Origin: Piromyces finnis finn
Lineage: Eukaryota; Fungi; Neocallimastigomycota
Direction of reading: 5' to 3'
Length of the DNA stretch: 64,000 nt
Assembly: GCA_002104945.1 (NCBI GenBank)
Contig: MCFH01000004.1
Coordinates: 558,001 to 622,000, forward strand
In this document: positions 40,050-54,600 of the stretch, piece after piece
Layout: each line of letters starts with the position of its first letter
Position numbering within the stretch: the stretch's first letter is position 1
Notes under the pieces: generated by a model
Told to the model about the DNA's origin: nothing
Databases searched by the model: none
The model's input: only the letters and a program-made list of their open reading frames with translations
Made by a program: the position numbers and the translations under genes

Positions 40050-41574
40050 TTTAATTAATAGATTAGATATATTATATATGTGTATGTATATGTAATTTTT
40101 TGTTTTACTATATTTTTTTTTTCTTTTTAAAAAAAAAGTATTATGAAATCAATTTTTGCAAAATCTTGTTTTATTTTATTTTTACTTTTATTTAATTTCC
40201 CCTTTTATTCCTTTCTTTTTTTTTTTATTTTTTTATTTTTAAAAAAATATTATTAATTATATTCATATATTCATATATATATTCTTTCTTATATTTTTAT
40301 TTTAATAGATCTTTTTAAATATAATAACCACTTTTTAGTTGTATATATATATATATATATATATGAATAGTTAAATAACAAAAAAAAAAAAAAGAGTATT
40401 TTTTTTTCTTATTTTTTAATTATTAAATCATATGTAACAACTTTTAAAATAAAAATTAATTACAATCAAAAAAAATAAAAAATATTAGATGCTAATTTTT
40501 GACATATAATTATTGTTTTATTTTAAAATTTCTATTAAACAAACATTTTATAAATTCATTAATTTTTATTTTTATATTCTTTTCCTCAATAGAAAAAAAA
40601 AGGTAACTTATTTTCGTTGAAGTATTATAAATAAAAAAAAAAAAAAAAAAGAATGCAGTATTAATGTTAAATAATTTTTTTTAAAAAAAAAAAAAAATAA
40701 TTAATTATCCTTTAATAGTATAAATTAAACTTTAATTTTTTTTTTAATTTTAAAAAAGGAAAAAAAAAAATTAATAAATATTTAATATCATATAAATAGT
40801 AATTTTTTATAAAATAATATGCCAATATTTCAATAAATTAAACGTTAACAAACAATAAAAATGTTAATTTCTTTTCTTTTTTTCTTTCTTTAATAAATAC
40901 CATATATTGAAAAAAAAAAAAAATAAAGATAGATATAAAATTTTATTAAAGAACTATCAAATAGCCTATAAGAATAAATAATAAATATTTAATATTTTAT
41001 ATTAAATAATATTCAATTATATTCTATATAATTTTTAAACAATATCATATTTCATTAGATCTTTAAAAAAGCATACATATGATATTATTATTATCATTTG
41101 AAATTATATATAATAATGTCAAATCAATATTAATTTTTAGTAAAGTTCATGTTAAGATAAAATTATAAAACATATGTTTTATATATTCACTATCACTTAT
41201 TCATTATCTATTAAATAATAAAAAAAATATACAAAAAAATAAAGTTTCTATACTTGAATTTTAATTTATTTATTTTTTAAAAAAAAAACTTATTTTTTTT
41301 TTTGAAATCATTTATTTCGATTTATTTTACTTAGATTAATAATAAAAGAACTTTTTTTAATAAATATTAAATTCTAAATAGATATTTTTTTTATGCAAAT
41401 AATGCTACATACATAATTATTATTAATGTCTATTATTATTAACTTTAATGCATAGCATTTAAACTTTTTCATTCCCAACAATTTTATTTTATCTCATTTT
41501 AATTTTTTAAAAGTGGTAAAGTGCATATTAAAATTTAGTTAAACTTCATTGCGCAGTCTTTATAATAATAGTTC

Positions 41575-41807
<233 letters not shown>

Positions 41808-41989
41808 GTATTATTATTACTTAAGTAATGTTAATTTTATATTCATAAAAAAAAAGTAAAAAAAAAAAAAAAATAGGTTTAAATAAACACAAAAAAAAAA
41901 ATGAATAAAAATTGGGTATAATGTATTCTAGTAATTTTAATTAAAGTAAGAAAGTCACTATCATACTAAAGTATAATAACTGTAGTTGA

Positions 41990-42600
41990 CTTCCAATGGG
42001 ACACAGAGTAAAAGATCAAAATTTTATCATGGAACAAAATTATGATCTCCATTGGTTGCGCTGGCCCTCCTGGCCTGTCTTACTGTTTCTTCAGCATTGA
42101 CGCTCTTGGATGTTGCTTCAAACCTTTTGAACATTGACCATTGCTGACCAATAGCAAAAGGCATGATTTTGGTTAGAAGTTCCGCTTTTACCATTAAAAA
42201 TGGTGTTCCTTTGTAAGTACCCGATGAAATCTGACGCTTGTAAAATTCTTTCTGTTCCCTTGAATTGTAATTGATATTGTTAAAACTTCTTCCTCCAAGA
42301 AGAAATTTAAATATTTTATTACACACACTAGAATAATCATACCCATTAATATTTACCGGATGATTAAAACTATTACTATTATTAACTAAATTACTATCTA
42401 GATTAAAATATTATCTTCACTATTGCTATTACTACCATTATTACTACTATTATTAAAATCATTATTATTACTAGTGTCACTATTACTATTATTATTATTG
42501 CTATCTCTACTGATATTAACATTTTCATTAGTATTGATAGGACTGAAAAAATTTAATTTAATAAAATCTTTAATTTCAATAAACTACAAGTACTTACTTC
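41990..42600 (-). mobile_element. Decayed 3' end of a non-LTR retrotransposon ORF
   Basis: N/S-rich linker, a frameshift near 42405, then KIFKFLLGG...AELLTKIMP...MFKRF..SKSV. This parallels the FLLGG..GLATFLTKTI..LLFDRF..VIKST seen at 62.2-62.5 kb downstream of a CCHC knuckle. Confidence 0.6.
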
Positions 42601-43163
42601 GATTTTTTATCTTTGAAAGTATTCTTTTAATTTTCACTAAATTGACCATTAATTATTAAAAAATATAAAAATTCACAACTTTCTTTAACATATTCTACTT
42701 TCAAATAAAAAAAAAGGTAAACCTACAATTTTTAATTTTTACTAAATCACTAATATTTATGAAAATTAAAATTCTATAATTTCATTTATTTGTACTTCTT
42801 TATCAATTTTATATCTTATAATACCTTTTTATAAACAATATAAAATTTCTTTACAAATTACATTAACAACCTTCTTCCCAACTTCAACAATATCTCAAAT
42901 ATCAAAATATATAAAAAAACATTTTAAGTTTGTATCTACAATTCCGCTTTTAATTTGATATTTATACTTCTTAAAAAAATCCATAGTTCCTCATATATAT
43001 GCATTAATTCCTTAACTTGAAATTACTCCAACACTTAATCATACACATTTTATATTATATATTTTCCAATTTTTTATGTTTGTTTTATTAAATAAAACCT
43101 TAAATTGGTATTTATTGTAAGTTCTATAAATATATAAACCAATATTTGATATATATAATAGAC

Positions 43164-43908
43164 TTATGAACGTGGCTTTTCCTTCTTTTCCTTGTAAAGA
43201 GCTAAAAGTGAAACACCAGAGACCTTAACAACCTTGAAACGAACACCTGGAATATCACCAACGGCACGACCCTTACGACCGAAACCAGAGATAAGAACTT
43301 CATCGTTTTCTTCAACGTAGTTTAAACAACCATCGTTTGGAACGAAAGCAGTGATCTTCTTACCGTTCTTAATTAATTGGACACGAACACACTTACGAAT
43401 AGCAGAGTTTGGTTGCTTAGCTTCAACACCAATCTTTTCAAGAACAATACCCTTAGCGTGGGAAGAACCTCCGAATGGTAAGTACTTGAAAGCGGTACCT
43501 AAAGCTCTTTTCTTGTATTGCTTATCGGCCCATCTTTCTTCACGACGGTGAATACGTAACTTACGTGCGCATCTTAAACCACTTGGTTTTCCTTTTTATA
43601 TTTTTATAAAAACATAAAGAAATAAGTATCTTCATTAATTTATAAACTTTTGTTATTGTATATATTGTTTATTAAATATGTCATTAACTTATGTTCATTT
43701 GATTTACATAGCTTTATGCTATTACAATGATAGCATAAACGCATCCATCAAACTTTAATTATATTCATTTAATAACAACATTAGCATTTATATTAAATGA
43801 ATATAATATCAACATTAACATGCTTATTTCATACAACAATACATAACAATAACATACACATAACATTAATTAACAATTCATTAGACATTCATGTTTACCT
43901 TTACCCAT
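43164..43908 (-). CDS. RPS23: 40S ribosomal protein S23 (uS12)
   Basis: Exon 1 ATG GGT AAA G; exon 2 [74 protein letters not shown]. Highly biased codon usage. Confidence 0.98.
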
Positions 43909-44832
43909 CTTTATAAATTATATCAAGAGAGAGAAAAATCAAATAATTGTAATTTTGATATTATCATATCTTTTCTTTTTTACATTTTCAACCCAATCAT
44001 GTAATTACATTATAATTTCTGCCAATCTTATACATTGGTGGTACATTGGAAATTGTTATACGTATACATTTTTGGAAAAAGGATAAATTTTATTACTAAA
44101 TTTTAAAAATTAAAACTTTAATTCAGCAATTGCGGACTGTATATGGTGTGTGTGCGTAGAATGAAAGAAATAAATAGGTAGTGCAAATGAGTGTTGGTGA
44201 AAAGTTTAAATTTAATATATTTTCAATGTTAATAAATAATAAACAGAAATAAATAAGTAAATAAATAAATCTATTGTTTATTAATTAATTTGCTGGTGGT
44301 GGTGTATTGTAGCCATTATAAAATATTTATAATAAATATTTTAATAATAATAATAATTATTATTATTATTTATTTATTTATTTATTTATTTATTATCAAT
44401 TATATCTTATTATATTTTATTTTTATTTATATATATATATATATTTTTTTTTTTTGGTGGTTTGAAATTGTTTACTTTTTTTTTTTCTTGTAAAATCATT
44501 TTAAATATGTTATTATTGCATAATTATACTAAATTTTGAATTTTATCAAATCATATCTTATTTATGAATACTTTATTCTTTTTTTTTCCCTTTTATGTTA
44601 TATAATATTTTTTTTTTTTGTAAATAAATTACTTTATTTTTAATAGATATACCTTTTTGATAAAACTTTAATTCTGATAATTTAATTTTAATTAAAATGT
44701 TCTAAATAATTATTTTATAATTGTTAAAAATAAAAATCTTTTATTATTATTATTATTATTAGACATTTTTTTTAAACAAAATAAAAATATGGATATATGA
44801 AATTCAAATAATAAAAAATATATAATATATCA

Positions 44833-47445
44833 ATGGAATTTGAAAATAATAATGATGATAATATATCGAATTCAAAAGTTGTTACAACAACAACTAAAAA
44901 GAATGTTATTATTAACAACATAGACAACTCCCATTCAATAATTGAATACAATTCAATTATCATACCCGAAATAATAAAACAAGAAACCACAACCATAACA
45001 ACAAAAACAACAATTAAAAAGAAAAAAAAGAGACAAAGAAAAACAGATGTTACAGAACAAAACAATAATGATTCTAATGAACTTTGTGATATATCATTTA
45101 CCTCAATTTACTCAACCACCTCATCCATATCAAGTATTTCAAACGATTTGTATTCAGCTTCATTTATAAATAATTCTTCTATAGAAGAATTACCAATAAA
45201 TTATAATCCCTATAACACTTCCCATAATAATCATATTTTATTAAATAATGTGCAAGTCATGACGACAAAAGATAACATAAGCGAACTATTATCAAATACT
45301 AAAAAAGGAAAAGAAAAGGAAATTGACATTTCTGATATTAATGAAAAGCTATCAAATAGTCTAGGCGGGAAAATAAGCCCAAAACATTTATCATTTTCAG
45401 AAAATACTTCAAAAAATTCATTTAATATTATATCCTCAAAAATCAATGAAAATAAAAATAATTCAAAGGTAACAGAAACAAATAGACTGTCTGTTTCTAT
45501 CAATTCCAATAATGGGTCTAACTATAATACATCAACTTGTTCCCTATCAAAATATTCAAATGCCAATGTTATTGAAAATAAACAAAAGATGAAAAAAAAT
45601 GATAATATGAAGTTAAAGAGAAATTCAAATATATCTGAAATAAATATAAATTATTTTGAAAGAAATGCTATACCATTTAATAGGCATTCATTAGCCGAAG
45701 GAACCTTAAATATTAATAATGTCACGGATTTCAATGCTTTAACCTTTTTAAAAGAAAGTCATCTTGCAAATTTTAATGATGGTCATTCCTTTACACAAAA
45801 TTCACCGATAAAAAAAATTAATACCTATAAAACTTGCACCAACTCTGTTATTCAAAACGGAACCCTTGAGAATGATATAATATGTCAACACCCTTATTAT
45901 CTAAATAAAGATGACTTTCATGATATATATTCAATAATGAATCATAAAGCAAGTATGAATAAACTTCATACGATTAACAAAATGAATAATAGAGATGCAG
46001 AAAATAGAGCACTCGGTAAGGAAAGTTTAAAAGGAAAAGGGGAAATGAAAGAAAACAAAGAAAGGGCATCAAACTTTGGATTTATTCAAAGAGCGGGGTA
46101 TACAAAACCAGAAGGGTTAGAACCATGGATAGAAAAAAGTGCCTTTAATTTAGAAAAAGAAAAATGTTCTATCTGCTTTGAGGGATTTAAAGATGAGTCA
46201 TGTATACCGTTTATGCTAGTGTGCCAACATTACTTTCATTTTGAATGTATTTTTAAATGGTGTTGCCAAGAAGATAATTCAAAATGCCCTCTTTGTCGTG
46301 AAACCATCGATAAAAATTGTATTTTTGAAGATATTATTTTTGAATTTGATACCATGGATGAAAATAATCTTTGTTATTCTACCATTCTTCCAGAATTAAA
46401 TCAAGAAATATCTACAACATCAACTACCACCCTAACACATTCCCAAACAAAAACAACAAGATCGACCACTTCTAGTAAATATCCTATCAATGAGCATAGT
46501 TTCACCTCCTCATCTAAAAATTTAATTACACCTTCCTCTACGGCATCCTCTATTTCTTCACCTATTTATTCTACTCTATCCCTATCCTCCTGCTATCTGA
46601 ATGAGGATAAAGTACCATGCACGCCACCCCTACTTCCAGTAAAAGAAACATTGGATCCACCGAGTAATATTAAGTATTTAAAGGATAATGATACTGATAA
46701 TGCATGTATCATGACGACCTATTCCTACATTAATTTGAAGGATATTAATAATGCAGATTCAAATACCGCCATGAAGCATAGTAATGCCTCCTTATACAAT
46801 CCAAGTATTCATCTAAAAACTCCGGAATCAAAGTATTCCCTACCTGGTCTTTCCATCACCCACACTCCTGATCTTATCCCTCATAATTCCTATGATTCTA
46901 TTCGACCCACGATGAATCGCTTTAGTTTTATTAGTCTACAAAATATAAGTAGTAATCTTGATAAAACGGAAATGACATCTCCATCAGAAAACGGAAATAG
47001 CCATGCTTCCCAAAAAAATTTCACCAAATCCAATGTAAGAAATACATCATCCACCTCCATTCCTGCCTTTCCTTCTATCCTTGATATCCCTGATAAGGAA
47101 GATTTGATCCTGAATTCCGATACGACAGATATTACCCTCTATCCTTCCAATCTATCGAGCACAAGTCATCAAGATCATTCGTGTATTTCCGTAAATGAAA
47201 ATACCCTTAATCCAAACAATATAAAATCAACTATCGACCAATCCATTACTACTCTCTTAAGTAAAGAAAAGGATTATATATTCATATGGACAAAGAAAAT
47301 ACTCAATAACAAAAAAATATATATTTACATCATTCCTATGTCACTATTATTTTTCTTTTTTTTATTTATCCTATTTTATTTATTACTCTAATTTTTGGAA
47401 AATTTTACCTCCATTTTGTAGTACTTTTTATTTTTTATCCTATTT

Positions 47446-47479
<34 letters not shown>

Positions 47480-47527
47480 ACTAATAATATTAATAATATA
47501 GGTATTAATAATTTATGTAAATATTAA
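44833..47527 (+). CDS. RING-H2 finger protein (putative E3 ligase) within long Ser/Asn-rich regions
   Basis: CSIC..C.HYFHFECIFKWC..CPLCR at about 46165-46300. The 3' end is uncertain: probable intron 47261-47501 and last exon to 47527; otherwise the stop is at 47391. Confidence 0.82.
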
Positions 47528-48082
47528 AACCTATATTTTCTTTTTTTTTTTTTTTTTTATTTATTTTGTAATATTTATAATATTATTTATGGTCATTGTA
47601 TTATACTAGTTTACTTATACTTTACAGTTTATTAACTCGTTCCTATTAATATTAATAATAATTATTATAATAATAATTTCAATTCTAATATTTCCATTAA
47701 TTTTATATAGTATTATTATAAATATAAATATTAATAATTCTATCATAATAAATATTTCACTTCAACCCATTTAATAATATATATATATACTTTTAAAAAA
47801 AAATCAGAAAATAAATCGTATTAAAACTGAAATCCCTATTAAAAAAAAGTATAAAAGTTTATTTTTAATTAAAAGTATTATAGAAAACGGAGAAGAAAAT
47901 TTATAAATGATCTTTTGTGTGTAGAATAGCTTACCTTTTCATTTCTGACTACAACTTTTTTATATATTATATACTAAAAATTAAGATGGGTAAATAAATA
48001 TATATATTTTTGAATTTTCAAGATTTTTATTATTTTTTAATTTATTTATTATTTTTCATTGTTTATATTATATATTCCATTA

Positions 48083-48120
<38 letters not shown>

Positions 48121-48503
48121 CAATAAAAATAGAAATTAATATGAGGTGAAAGGAAAAATGATAATAATTTATAATATGGAAAGATGAAAAGAAAAAAAAA
48201 AAAAAAGTGAGCGAATGTATATATAATATAATATAATTTATAAATTAATAATTAAACATAACTAGATAGATACAATAAAAAAAATAATAACTATGTAGAT
48301 AAAATTCAATTTAAAAAAAAAAAGATCATAATTATATAAATAATAATTATTATAGGAAGATTATTATTTTCTTAAATTGTATAATGTATTTTCTATAATT
48401 TATGTTTTTATTATTTTTTTTTTCTTTTATGAAATAAAATAATAAAAACGATGGCTTGGTATTTTTATATTTTACCAGTCTATATAATAATAGGATATTT
48501 AAT

Positions 48504-49773
48504 TTATGTTCTAGTTTTATGAATAGTATTCTTTTTTGCTTTTTTAGTTTGTTTGACAGTTAAAGTCTTATAGATAGTCTTTTGTTCATCAGAACGTTTT
48601 TCAAAAGTAAATTTGGCTGTCTTTGTTCTTGTAGTTCTTGTAGATAAAGCAGTAACTTTTGATTTAGATAAAACTCTACTCATAACACCTTCGTAAGTTT
48701 CATTTCTTTCAGATGGTAAATAAATGTCATATGTTTCAAAATCTGGTTTTGGACCTGGGTTTTCAGCTGTTCTATTTTGTAATTTAAAGTTTGGCTTAGC
48801 TCTAACACCACCTTCAACCTTTGAGCAAGCAGTGTACCATACTTCAATTAATTTACCATCTTGAACAGTAAATACCTTGTCACTCTTCATACCATATCTT
48901 GGCATTTGAGTTTCATTGTATGCTTTAGCTAAACCTCTAGCAACAGTATCAAGCTTTTTAAATTTTTATAAAAAAATGTATTAATTTAAAACTACTAATT
49001 CTTTTTTTTTTTTTTTTTTTATTTTATATTTATTTCATTATACTACAATTAAAAAAAAAATCCTTACTTGTTGATGTTGGTACATAACTAAAACAGGATC
49101 AACTTCTGGTGGTAATTGTAAAATATAATTTAATACATCATTACCATCACCTCCACAGCATTTTTCTTTAGTAAGGTCAATGCCTAAAGCCTTTGCTAAT
49201 GGAACAACTTGTTGATACTATGAAAATTTAAAAAATAAATATTAAAATAGAATTATATTACTAATGATAGGTACTTTTTATTGTTATTTACAATTTAAAA
49301 ATAATATTAAAATAAATATATACCATTCTTTGAGAATAATGTAAATCACGTAAAAATGAATCTATTATTATTAATAATAATAATGGGTTATGTTAACATT
49401 TTTCAAATAGACCTAATTATTGATTATTTTTGAAATTTTTATTCCTTTTCATTTTAAAGAAAAACTATTTACCAATAAATTCTGGTTGTCCTTGGAAGTG
49501 TTGATAAATAATTTCTTTTGGTTGTCTTTCAATTGGAGCATCTGGACCAAAAACTTCAACCATACAATCAGTTCTTAACATACCAGTATAACCTAAACCA
49601 TCTTTCTTTTCAGCACCTTCTATACCATCTGTTGATGATTCTTTATTATTACCATCTAAATAACCTTTACCTGGTTTTTCACCATGCATCATAAGATAGA
49701 CAGTTCTTGTTGAAACATATGGGTATAATATTGGTAATATCATACAAAGTGCTATTAAAATAAATTGTTTCAT
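48504..49773 (-). CDS. Secreted histidine-phosphatase (phosphoglycerate mutase-like) family protein; 4 exons
   Basis: Signal-peptide-like MKQFILIALCMILPILYPYVS. TVYLMMHGEKP..GL..G..R..C..VFG, QRMYQQVVPLAKALG and VLVMYQH match the fungal secreted PGM-like pattern (IRHGEKP..QRP..TV.PLA..LG..WEH). Confidence 0.75.
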
Positions 49774-51645
49774 TTTGTAATTAATTTTTTATTTTTAATT
49801 AAAAATAATTTTTATATCCTTTAAATATTTTTATATGAAGTCTTTATTTTTTCGATATTTATATGAAGTGAGAAGTATACTATTTTTATTTTGATAATTA
49901 TATTTTATTTTATGCTTTATGTTTTACTTTTTTTAATATATACTCTTTTGATTGATTGATTGATTTATTCTTTATTTTGGAAATAACTTTATTATTCGGG
50001 CTTGTATTATTTGTTTAAAACTGTATTAATTTTTTATTTCTGTATTACTATTTTTTATTTAACTTGATATATCTTAAATCCGAATCAAGAATTAAAATTT
50101 TAAATTATTGTTTATTTTCTTTTTTTTTTTTTAACTCGAAAATAATACTTTTTGTTTATTATCAAAAAAAAGTTTTGTTTTGTCTTTATTTTCTCGGGAA
50201 TAATAAAAGCTTTTTAAAAAAAAAAAATAAAAGAATATTTTATAGCAATTTAATTATTTTTCTTTTGATTTTTTTTTTTTTTTTACTTTTAAAATTAAAA
50301 TAAAGTACAAAAGTGCCTTTTTTTTTTTTTTTTTAAGCTAGTATAAATAATAATAAAATAAAAATTATTATTTATTTCATAATAAAAAATTTTTTTTTTT
50401 GGTGGTATTAAAATTTCCTTGTGGTAATTTTGCTTTTTTTTTTCCAGAAAATAAATTTAATTTATTAATAAACCTATGATTTATATAATATTTATTATAT
50501 AATTAACTATAAATTATTTTGTTTTTTTTCATTATTGACTTTGGTTAATTTACACTTAATTTACAATATTATAAATACATTATAAATACATTATTAAAAT
50601 TAATTGTAATACATTATTTAGATAAATAATATGGATGATAATTAATTCAAATCAATAATAATATACATAATTTTAAAATGAATTATCAATTTATTTCATC
50701 TAATTAAATATTAATATAAAAAATAGACTAAATACAAATACATTACATATTTTATTAATAATAATTAATATAATTAAATGATAATTTAATTTGATATATA
50801 TAGATCATTAATTGATACTAATGATTATTGGATAAAAAATAAAAAATATATACATTATTTTAAAAAATATTAAAATACGATTAAACTTTATACTAGAACC
50901 TTTTTTAAAAAGATGATAGTACTTTAAAAAAAATGAATATAAAACTTTATCTTTTTTTTTTTTTTTTTACTTAGCAAATGATAAATAATATAAATATTAA
51001 TTTTTAGTTTTCTGTTTTTAGTTTCACGCGATTAATGTTGATTCCATTAGAATAGACAACTTGCATAAAATGAATAATGGTTAGATTTATTTTTTGGTAT
51101 TTAAAATGAATAAAACTAAAAAAAGATATTTCGTTTTTTTTTTAACTATCATTAAAAAGAGTGTCAAAATTTCAAATTAAACTTTTTAACGTTATTAACA
51201 ATGTTGTATTTTTCGTTTTAAAAAATAGTCATTATAAAAATTTAAAGATTATTAATAATGGTTTAATCAATGTTTAACCAAAGGATCTTATAAAGTTCCT
51301 TTTTCATTTTTTGTAAAGGATAAAAAAATGAATTGAATTTTTAATAAATTATAAAAATAAATAAAATATAAAAAAAGTTTATTGAATAAAAAGAAAAAAA
51401 AAGTGCTAAACTTTTACAAAAAAAAAAAAAAAGTAAAAATATTAAATAATATTTTGTGGATGTACTTTTTCTAATAGCAAAAAAAAAAAAATTAAATTTT
51501 AAAATTTAAATCCTCAATTAAAAACTACCCTTAATAAATAATCTTTAAACAAGAATATTTACCAATCATTATTAAATTTTAATTTAAATAGATGGATATT
51601 TTAATTAATTTAACCTAATTATTATTTTTATTAAAATTTGACAAA

Positions 51646-54600
51646 ATGAACAATTTAAGTTCAATTGCAATACAATTTAACGAAAATGAATTAAAATTTA
51701 TATCAAATGAAGTAAAAGAAAATTTATATATTAATGGGGATAAAGTATGGGAATCTATATTTAAAATAAATATTAGTGAAATACTAAAAGAAGACAGTTC
51801 CAATATACTTTTGCTTTTAAATGTAATTCTCATTTTAATAAAACAATAATAGAACAATTTTTATTTTTTTTTTTTTTTTTTTTTACCTTTCAATAATAAA
51901 GTTAATATATATATTATATACATAAATTAAAATTATATAATAAAAATTAAACAAATCCTCGAATAGGTATTAGAAAAATACATTGAAAAATGTCTTTTAG
52001 TTTTTTCAGAGGACCAGTTAAAGCAATGGATAATGGAAATTAATACTACTATTTGTAGTGTAGTGAATAAGAATGAAATAATAATCAATGAAATTTTAAA
52101 ATTTAATAATATCCAACTAAATATCTTATTGGAAAATAAAGAAAAGGAAAAAATAAATGTAAATTATTCTGAATGGATATTCAATTTTTTAAAATTTCAA
52201 GAGAACTTTAAAAAATCAAATTTTGAATGGAAATTATTTAAAGAATATGTAAAAGTAAGTCTATGATGAAAATTTTTAAGTCTACTTGATAAAATTATAC
52301 ATTATATACACTTTATATATACATATATATTTAAATAATAATATTATATCATTGAATTTTATAATTTTATATATAATATATTTTATATGCAAAAAAAAAA
52401 AAGATTTTTGAAAGCCTATTAATTTTAGATAAAGAACGTACCAATCTAAATAATATAACAGAATCAATTATTTCATTAATTACTATTGTATTGTCACATA
52501 CCCAGTATGTTATTAGAAATGAAATATTAAATATCATTCAATTATTAATTAAATACAATTTCAATGAAAAAGAAAATTTATTCAAAGGTAAATTTCATTA
52601 TAATTTTTAATTCGCAGTAAATAATTATTAGTTTATTAATTAAATTTTTGTTTAAAAAAAAAGATATTTTTGATCTTGTATTTAATTCATTAAAAAATGA
52701 ATCAAATATAAATGTAAAAAACAATAAATTATATGTTTTAAATTTGTTATATAGTCAAGTAAGTTTATTTTATTTTATCTTTTTCACTAGTATTTTTATG
52801 TTCTTTTATATATATTTATAAAGAGGGTTGCCATATAATAATAATTTTTGATATTTCCTATAGACAACCTTAGATAACAAAATATTAACAAAACTTGCAA
52901 CTACATTATTAATTGAATTATCTAAAAATGATATTACCCAAGAAAATATAAAAATATTATTATATTCAATTAAAGATAATGAGCATGTTAAAAAAGTTGT
53001 ATATAAGGTTTGTTTTATATTATTTTTATTTCAAAAATAAAAAAAAAGGAATAAAAATTAATAATTGTTTATTTTTATTTTTATTAGGTCCTATGTGGAA
53101 ATAACATTGATGGTGTTGATACACCTGAAGATTATTTAAATTTATTAATTGGTTGCTTTTGGTTTTACAATTTCAAGGAAACTCTTTTATGTAAAAAAAC
53201 ATTAGAATTATTATTAAATAAATTAATTGATATTAAACAAGCCATACATACAAATAATAATTCGGTTGCATGTTTTAAGTTGGTTTTCACATTAAATACA
53301 CTAAATAATGAGTACATATCTATATATACATCCATCTTTTGGTATCTAATACTTTTATTGTTATAATTAATAAATATAATATAATAGGCAAATTAGTATC
53401 TTAATTTCAAGTTGTTTATCAAGTGAAGAATTGAATGGCATAGTATCTTATTTATTAAAATCAAAAAAAATAGAATTTATAACAAAATATGAAATTGAAA
53501 GTATATTCTTTATGAGTTGTTTATACCAAAGTAGATTAAGCAAAGAAATTACTCTTTCAGAAAGAAATAAATTTATAATTGGAGATATCAATAATAATAA
53601 AGATATTGAATGTGTTTCTAATGAAGATATAATTAAACAAATTTGTTATAGACTTGAACCATCATCATTCTTTGATAGAAATTTTAATGAAGGTAGTCCT
53701 AATAAAATAATATCCATTCATTTAATATACCCTACTAAATTTTTTAAATTTACATAATTATTATTAATAACGATAATAAATGGGAAAAAAAAAAAAATAG
53801 TGGATGATAAAAACTTCTTTAAAAGAGTAGATGAATTTAAAATCATATCAAAATCATTATATGAAATAGTATATACCCTGGTTCAATTTGATATTGATAA
53901 TGTATGAAAATTTATAATCTATATATATATACTAGAAATTTAAAAATAAACATGCATTCGAATAACAATAATAATAAAATTAAACCCTATATCTCTGTTT
54001 ATAATATTAAATATAATAGAGCATTTATTTGGAAGTCCTTTATTGTTGTTCAATGTACTTAGGAGATGAAGAAAATAATAAATGGAGTTCAGTTGAAACA
54101 AGAAATATTTCAAAAAGTAAATTAAAAAAAAGAAAATATTTTCTTTTAATTTGAGCAAAAATAATTAAATTTTAAAGGATAAAAATTAATACCTATTTCT
54201 ATAATACATTTTCACTTATATAGCTATTATTGATATTCTTAACAAAAAGTTAAATGAAAATGACAAGACAAAGGATACAAAGGATACAAATACTAATAAT
54301 GAAAATCTTTTAGTTAATAAATATTATGAAGAAATTCTTGTTAATAAAATAAAAGTTTTATTTAATCAACCGTATCGTGGCTCAAAAACTAAAAAAGATT
54401 TCAAAAATAATATTTATGATATACAATTATGGAAAACAGATCATCCAGCATCAGTATACGCTTTATATTGGTTGACATATTCAGTTGATGTAAAATAAAT
54501 AAAAAAAAAATAAATTATAAATAAGCATTAATTTTAAAAAAAAAAAAAAAAGATCGGCATCCATATTTATATTTATAAATATCTAATTATAGGTACACTA

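Noticed and set aside
43351-43551. Plus-strand 66-aa ORF
   Set aside because: Antisense to RPS23 exon 2.
44120-44200. GC-richer patch upstream of RPS23 (CAGTCCGCA...CTGA on the minus strand)
   Set aside because: Does not match the HomolD consensus and has no box C; it may be promoter but cannot be supported.
50064-50303. Short F/K/I-rich ORFs here and at 17708, 18560, 19280, 33088 and 44290
   Set aside because: Compositional artefacts of AT-rich non-coding DNA with no splice or homology support.
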